Shown here: piece by piece, positions 56,310 through 64,000 of the stretch
How the letters are laid out: every line of letters starts with the position of its first letter
Position numbering within the stretch: position 1 is the stretch's first letter
Assembly (NCBI GenBank): GCA_004764695.1
Contig: SMSO01000035.1
Coordinates: 4,600,040 to 4,664,039, forward strand
DNA from: Schizochytrium sp. TIO01
Taxonomy: Eukaryota; Protista; Bigyra: Labyrinthulomycetes
DNA: 64,000 nucleotides
Reading direction: 5' to 3'
Position numbers and translations under genes: made by a program
Notes under the pieces: generated by a model
What the model saw: the letters and a program-made list of their open reading frames with translations, nothing else
Database searches by the model: none
Told to the model about the DNA's origin: nothing

Positions 56310-58174
56310 TTAATTGTTGCCAACTTGTCGGTCAGTAATGTAAAGTGCAAAGAAGCAGTACATTGTCATACTCAGTATACCAACAAAATACTGATTGATA
56401 AGGCCCAAACTAATGATCTGGCCCTGGTCAGGTGGTGCAATCAGCGCGCACATGTTTGCCGTAGGAACAAACATTTCGAAAAAGCTGTATAGCAATAAAA
56501 GTTATCAATGTTTCAGTAAAAAAAGGAGGGAACGTTAGCAAACGAAGCATTGTGATGGCATGGCGAAGAAACACACAAAGAAACTTACAGAATAATGAGG
56601 AGGATTTGGTTGTCCGGGAAAATGTCAAGAGAAATATACAAGAGTACGTAAGAAATACCCGGGATGATCAGAGTCCGTCCCATTACAAAAACGAAAAGAG
56701 TGCGCCTAGAAATACCCATAACATCTTCATCCCCACCTAGGATTTCACTCCAACGAGTCTTTTTCAGTTTAGTGCCAATCAGAATAGCGAGCGCGATTGT
56801 GACAACCGAAACGAGGCCAGGCTCGATTAAAGTGAGTGTGTTGACAAAAGGCGTAGCAAAGGAGTTTGAGCTAAACATGAAAGTTTGAACGGGCGTAATG
56901 AGAGCTACGATAATGGCAACGATTTGCGAAGAAACAGTAGGGTCAATGATGGCTGCAAAAAAGGCCCAGCCTGTGCGACTATTGCAATATTTTCCAAAGC
57001 CTGAAAAAAAGACGTTGCCCTTTGCGATTTCCTCTGGCGTAGCCCCTTCACCGGGAGCAGAAGGGTGTTCTGATTTATGGCTCAAAGATGATTGACGACG
57101 ATCGCTACCTTCAGAGCTATCCTGCGGGCGCTCAGCCGTAGCTGCAGGTGGAAGTTCTAACTCAATACGATCTGCAAGACCAGTGTTGCCATAGGGAGAG
57201 CTTCCACTTGCGTTGCCAATGTTGCCGGCAACGCGATATGAACCGGCCTCATGCAACTCTCTTCCACTGTCTTCTGAAAGAGCAGCGCGGACCAAAGACG
57301 TTTGTGGCCGCATCATTGGGTTGGTCGCCGCAGGCGGGTGATTTAGAGGAGGCACATTTGTTTGAGCACCAGGTGAGGCGTATTCCTGAGTAGTTTCATC
57401 ATATGTGGTATATGTGGTCTGCGGATCACCACCTATTGGCAAAGAGTTTTCATCAAGGTTGCCTGGCGGGAAACGCTGCATTTGCAGAGCAGTTGTGCTG
57501 CCACTTCCATTGTCACTGCGGTCCTCAAGCATAAAGTGTGACTCGACATCAGCAAGATCACGTCCTCCTCCTTGTGAAGACGCCGCGCCAATTTCGAGCG
57601 CATCATTGCTGTTATCATCTTCAGCATCCTCTGTTGATGTAAGAACGCGCGCAGTGACAAACACGAGAATGCTAGGGAAAATTGTGTAAATGAACAGATA
57701 CAGTTCGCCCTGAGTCGTGCACTCATCGCTTGTGTAGTACTCGCTTTCTCCCTCCACAATATCGGTGGCTGGCTTGCGAATTTGACTTCCTGCACAAACT
57801 GCAGTGATGAAAGCAAGCGGGAGTGCTGTGAAATTTGGGAACGTCATGGAGAAGATAAACCATTTGCGAAAAGCCCGAGTAGGCTTGGCAAGTGGGACTA
57901 GGAGGAAACCCATTAGGCAATTGAAGGCGAGAATGATAAGACCCATGACAAGAATGACCCAAATCTGACGTAGCACGTCAACCGTGATGCCTTCGCCAAG
58001 GCGTACAAATTTGATAGCCGGTACGTAAACATACTTCGTCAACCATGTCAGCGTTGCTGTGGACTTTTCGTCAAGCCAGTTATGGCGCACTGCAAAGGCT
58101 CCGCCTCCAAGAATGCAAAAGATAGGCACAATGGCCTTGACGCTTGCCCACAGCAAGTCGTAGACGTCCGTCAT
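56310..58174 (-). CDS. PIN-LIKES/auxin-efflux-carrier (Mem_trans) family transporter, copy 2; intron 56485-56588
   Basis: Paralogue of the 53316-54907 gene (WASVKAIVPIF...FPNFTALPL...GRTLIIPG). The 104-nt GT-AG intron restores LFFEMFVPTANM...QVGNN*. Confidence 0.88.
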
Positions 58175-59304
58175 GGTGGCTACTGCACTTTGGGGCTTTC
58201 AAGCATCGATTGTTTTGTGGGACCTTGAACTCTATGCTACGGCGAGTTCTTGCGCCTGCACAATACTTCGTGCTCGCCTCGGTTATTGAGCTTTGAAATC
58301 AAACTGGAGTCAAGCCACACCTTTTTTTTGCTCCCGCAGAGATCTAGGGACCTGCTACGCTTGGATCCGACTCAGCCTTTGTTTTGCCAAAAAGCTCGGC
58401 TGGGTCCGTTCTTGGAGTCTGAGTAGGCAGGTCTCCTACGTTGTCTTCAATTGAGAGACGCCGAGGTATGATCGAGACCTCCGCTCGGTGCTAACCACAC
58501 CTGTCTCAAGCGTAGTTGTAGTTCTGCCGCTGCACCTGCAAACTTAGACAAGAGCAGTTTCTGTACCTAGCTAGGTACTAACTAAAAACTACCTTGGATC
58601 ATCGATGTTTGCCTAAGGAGCACTAGTGCTACTTAATGCCTCGGTAGCACCTCAATGAAGCGCCAATTCCCGTGCCTCAGAAGCGGTCAAAGCCAACAAC
58701 GACAATAACAGCTCCGAAGGGAAAGGCGGAGTGAGCGATTGAGGGGACTTCGGTCGCACGAGATGAGTCACGAGCCAAACATCGCATCGCCGCTACGGTC
58801 TGAGCACAGGTCGAATCGAATCAGCCTGAGATGTGCACCGAAAGACTCTGTGAGTGCAAAACCAATGAGATGAAAAGCAGCCCTAACCTACATACACAGA
58901 TAGCTACAGAACCTTCACGCAATGGGAGCGTTTTCTCTTTGGACTCCCACGAGTCCACATTACATCTCAGGAAGGGAAGCGACTGGCCTCGAAGCAGGCA
59001 TTCATTCACCAACCTTTAAAATAGCAGTTACTCATCTGCTCCATCTATCGGTCCACCCACGATCCAACTCGTAAGCCAAAGCGAAGTTCTTCTCAGTCGC
59101 CCTCGATACAAACTTCTTCTTTCTGCTTAATTACTCGCAGCACAAATTCTCAATTCCTATTTCCTCTCTTTCCATCTCGTCATCGCTTCGTACAAGCGCC
59201 TAGGCCCTGGCTAGCGGCACTTAGGAGCTCCGCGGCACTTGGATGTGTTCTCTTTGGTTGTTTGTTAACCCAAGAAAAACAATTCGTACGTAGTGAGAGC
59301 TGAG

Positions 59305-59359
59305 TAAATAAGTAAATAAATAAATAAGTAAATAAGTAAATAAATAAATAAATAAATAA
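59305..59359. repeat. (TAAA/TAAG)n microsatellite
   Basis: Read directly. Confidence 0.9.
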
Positions 59360-59459
59360 CAGCGAGGCGTCGGCATTGAACTTCTTGGCGCCGCCGACGA
59401 CTTCTTTAGCGTGGACCGTGGCTGCTAGCTATGGCAAGGTATAGCAAACGGCGCCGTAT

Positions 59460-59515
59460 TTGTATGTATGTTTGTTTGTGTGGTTATTTGTTTATTTGAC
59501 TGTTTGTCTGTTTGT

Positions 59516-59548
<33 letters not shown>

Positions 59549-59560
59549 AGCCTGCTTGTT
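59460..59560. repeat. Compound (TTTG)n/(TTGC)n microsatellite
   Basis: Read directly. Confidence 0.85.
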
Positions 59561-59746
59561 TTGGGTTGCTGCATGTTTGCAGGTCAATCTTGAACGGTGG
59601 CCATCAGAGGGAGTGCAGTTGGTGCGTGCGTTTGTGGCAGAGCGCGAAGATCGTGAGAAGAAACCAACAAGAGCGGAGAACCATATGGCTTTCGTTTCTT
59701 TGCTTCTACAAGAGACTGGTGTGAGTGTGTGTGTATGAAGGAGTGC

Positions 59747-59880
59747 GAGTGAGTGAGTGAGTGAGTGAGTGAGTGAGTGAGTGAGTGAGTGAGTGAGTGA
59801 GTGAGTGAGTGAGTGAGTGAGTGAGTGAGTGAGTGAGTGAGTGAGTGAGTGAGTGAGTGAGTGAGTAAGCGAGTGAGTGA
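59747..59880. repeat. Long (GAGT)n microsatellite
   Basis: About 30 perfect GAGT units (59747-59866) plus a degenerate tail. Confidence 0.97.
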
Positions 59881-62800
59881 CTTGCCTTGAGTTGACTCAG
59901 GAACTGGGCACCTGCAGAATAAAGTCGCAAAGTTTCAAGAGCACTCCAAAGAGTCGCTTGAGATAAAACTGCGAGCGCTTCTCGGGCCACAAGTATGCCA
60001 CCACAACCGTGACTCCTGGAACGTGGTATAAAAGCTCTACCCGTAACCCAGAGCCTTTTGTACACTCATTCATGATGGGTAGATGGTTGCTGTGAATCGT
60101 CATGATCATCATGGCAAGTTTGCGCGAACGGTGCTAACTTAGGTTGGGCATGGTGCCTGTTCTGCGGCACAAGAAATCTTGGCATGTGTTAATTCATTTA
60201 CCCTTCAATGCTTACAAAAGGCTGAGATTAACTTGAGCCCTGACTCCCGGCGCACGTGAGACAACTGCTTTAAGTCTGAGGCGTGCGTCGTAATAAACGA
60301 GCTTCGGAGCACGGCGGCCGGTGCACTGTTCTTTGAACTCGCCACAGTTGCTCAGAGCGTGATCTCTGATCGTAATCTCAGATCGTGGTCTGACTGAGAA
60401 CAGCTCAACTCCCGAGATTCAGAACCCTCAAAAGGGAGGAGTGACATATGACGAGGCGATGGATTGAGGTGCTCCTAGCATAGATCGCAGCGATAACGAC
60501 CCGCTGAGCGCCTCTCTGAGGCGTGACAAGGCTAAGACGATTGGCATTTCTCACTTGGGAGCAGGAATGGAATAGTAGCGAGTGAAGGAGATGATGGGCG
60601 CGCTCAATCTTCCCTTTGAGTCCTGAGGTTGAGTATAACTTGTCGTATCTAAGTAGGTAGTATTGCATTTTCTGCTTTATAGTATCTAGGTCGTGCGCGA
60701 GCAATCTTCACTGGATATTTCTAAAGAATAAATGCACCAGGTGCAGTCTGCTCGTACCTGGGCGTCTAGCTGTCCGTACTTATAGTGCTTCACCTATAAA
60801 GAGTGATTGTTTTGACTTGAGATTTTTACCCAAGTGAACAGGTTTTTATCTCAGTACCCGACAAGTGAGAGTTGGCTACCTTTGTTACCAGGCACCTATA
60901 TAGTACTACCTGCTTTACTTTAAAATTTTAAATTAATTAAAAATTAACATTTAAAGATAAGTGACGAAAGAGCCTAATAACTTAAAGAGAATTAAATGGT
61001 TAATTAAGTACTACCTAAGTGATTGAGATATAAGGAACTAGATAGTATATAGGGTAGGTATCGTTGAGACTAGGTACTTATCACCTTGCAAAGGCATGCT
61101 GAGAGATAAGTATTGCGACAAAGAATAGGTACTCATCCAACATTATGGATTGGACTCTTTTGAAGAAAAAAGAGACGGTTTTCGTCCTTGGAGATGTTAC
61201 GTAATATCTGGGCAATATATGCATAGGAGATTGTGTGAAGAGTGTCTTCTGGGAATATAATTACAAACAAGAACATTGAAGCGGAGTCTTTGGTATCAAT
61301 ATACTGTTGGACATTCGGCCTTTTTAGGCTTTCTTTGTTCTGTGAGTACTGGAGAATGCGTAACTTCGATGTTAGGGACCGTCCAAAGTTTGGTATGGAA
61401 AGGTTCAGGGTCGCGAAGAAAGTCCATGAGGTTTTTGTTAGGGACGACAATGCATTGACTATAGTTGAAATGGGCTATGGTATAATGTTGGAGCTGAGCT
61501 TTGGCCTCCCTTGAGTCGAGAGTGACGAAAAAATGGGTTTCTTGTTTATACATATTCAATTCACCACAACTGCGATACCTTTCCTTATTGAAAGTTGCGA
61601 CCTGGAGAGGATCCCGTTCGAACGAATAGCTATCTGTGGTGTGTTATCTCCGAAGTATGATAATGAGAAAATTCTGTCTCTAGAGCATACAGGTGTGGCA
61701 CGGAGTGGTAAGGAAGATAAATGTACGTAATGCTTTTGAAAAGTACTACTATGTCTTTTAAAAATTGGGAAGTGTACTAAAATGCTATTTCTGGACAAAG
61801 TCCGTGGTGCCGATAAGGAAAGTAGTAGTTAAATCTTAGTAGTGAATTGTATGTGTGGTTTAAACAAGAGCACAGCAGAGACTTACTTGTTGAAGACGGT
61901 GCTTGGCAACCTGGAGAAATTCATCAAGTCTCAAAACGTGTCTGAGGGACTCCACAGGGCTTGCGGCTACATTCAAAGCCTTCAAAAGTAATTCATCTAA
62001 CTCGTAGCGCGCAGAATTGCTCTTTTGTTAGAGTTCTTGCTCGGAGCAGGCGCGGAACGCGGAACTTTGTGGTTTTACAGGCCTTGCTAAGCACTTGGGC
62101 AGCTTGTAATGAAAATAGAAGCTGGTGGGTAGACTTTTTAAACGTTTAGCTCCTCACTTTAATTAATTGTCAGAGGTTAGCGGTTTCCATACCCGCGCAA
62201 ATGGCCTTCACTAAGAGTTTTCCAACAACGATGGAGGAAGGGCAGCATAGTTTCCAGTCATAGCATGCAGAAGTCGAATGAACGTCAAACTCAGAAGAAA
62301 GTTGTTTTTCAAGGATACCAAGGCGTATAGGAGTCACCTTCCAAGACTTTGCGCATAGTTGAGAAAATTGTGTACGCCCTGCTTTAGAAGAGGTCCACAA
62401 CGATAAACCGCCTATTCCAACACAGAACGAACAAGCAAAACATATATCAAGCCCTGATGACGCACACTGCAAAAACCGTTGTCCTCATGAAGGATGCAGC
62501 TCAATGAGTAGCTCGGAGAATGACTTACGGCTCAGTTGGATGAAAAGGACCTTGCGTAAAAAAAAATGGTGATTGGGTCAAACCTTTGGTTTCACCCGCG
62601 ACTGTTCGATACCTGTACTCCTTCTATCGCACGTCCTTTCCGCAGGTAGGGCATTTAGGGCCCCAAAGACAAATTCCTCACAAGGGCACCAAGTGGTAAA
62701 ACTTCTATAGAAGAATTCTTTACTGTCAGGATTCTTATTGAAGGATGGCGTTCATTATGCAACAACTGCGATGAATATAATGCCCACCTGTAACAGCTTT

Positions 62801-64000
62801 TGCTTTCGACTCTCTGACTGATACATGTTTGCATAAAGTTTCTGACATGGTGATGCTCTCTTATCCAATCTATCCATTTGCACATTCAGGATGTACGATA
62901 GAAGCTGTGGAGCTCATTTTTTACTTTACAAGAGGGGGAATGGAGATCTTGCAAAAGTATCTTCCATTCTTGCTGACAACCGACTTGGAGCATACCTTCT
63001 ATTGCAGGATAGCTTGTACTAGACAAAGGATAGAGAACTCAGTAGAAAGAGAAAGAGGATGATATATGAGCTATTGGGGTTTCGGATCTGGATACATGCA
63101 GGGATGAATGTATCATGACAGTCCAATACACAGAAGCAGAAGGTATCGGACAGAAGAGCTAGGTTAGGTTTGGCTAGATGAGGTTAGGCAGGAGCTGTAT
63201 ATTGTTTCAATACCTTCGAAAGGCTTTACCTTTGGATTGCCAATGTCAAGGAATACCTCAAGAAGCAATCTGCATCAGTTTTATGTAGGCTTACTTCATC
63301 ATTCCGAACAGCTCTGGAAGAGCAAGAAAGGCAAACAAGGTAAGCCAGCAGAGTTTCCTAAGTTTCATGAGTTCCCTGGATCACTGCACATACGAATGCA
63401 GCCTTCGTCTTCCAAGGCAGCACCTAGCAGGAATATTTAAACGTACAGTAGATGAGCACAACGAATTTAGGAAGCGCTATATAGGCGAGATTATTGACTT
63501 TAAAAGTGCAGCTGACTATCACCATAACGTGAGCGGGCGAGCTACAACTCCAGGCGAAGGAATAAGCAAGCGCAATGTCCCGTTGTATGGAGTACACGCT
63601 TGGATGAATGAGCACCAGCAGATCAGGTCCTTCGTTGGTACATGATGAGCCAAAAGTGATTTCTGATACAGAAAGTGTTGAAGGGAAGTTTATCCCACCT
63701 AGGGTTCCTCCCCCCGCGGATTTCAACTAGCTTAATGAGTCCCAGACGAACAGCATATTCAGCACAGGCAAAGAGAGCTAGCAAGGGTGCAGGTATGAGC
63801 CATTCTACTGCATCTAAAAACCACTCCAATAGGATAGCAAAGGAGACGAGAAACCCTGCAAAAATGTGAAAGAACTGGTTTGGGAGTACTTTGGACCGAA
63901 TTCAAACACTCGCTTTTCATGATGAGACACTGGAACAAGCTCATATAGTGTCCAGACAAGATACCAGCATACCCTTACCATCCTTCCAAAGCTTTTTTAA

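Overview
Eukaryotic nuclear DNA, not prokaryotic. It shows intron-poor, GC-richer coding blocks separated by AT-rich, microsatellite-rich spacers, with GT-AG introns. The style resembles a thraustochytrid/labyrinthulomycete (stramenopile) protist; this is an inference only. About 18 protein genes are supportable: Mpo1/DUF962-like protein, ACBP-ankyrin protein, Miro GTPase, SNAP-25-like SNARE with an internal PH domain (frameshifted 3' end), secreted/GPI-like sulfatase, MAPEG-like membrane protein, SLC35B1 transporter, a secreted protein with a phage-tail-type S74 autocleaving chaperone domain, presequence protease, a SET-domain protein with signal peptide plus RDEL, an ApaG-domain protein, a small hypothetical, glutamate dehydrogenase, RAD1, RPN7, a spliced secreted hypothetical, and two tandem PILS-like transporters sharing one intron. 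The most striking unexplained signal is a densely self-complementary ~350-nt intergenic stretch at ~39.33-39.68 kb. It carries a CTAAACCCTA telomere-template-like motif, a preceding hairpin, a possible pseudoknot and a long-range closing stem, making it a candidate telomerase RNA gene. All structure and family calls were made by eye; no search or folding program was run.
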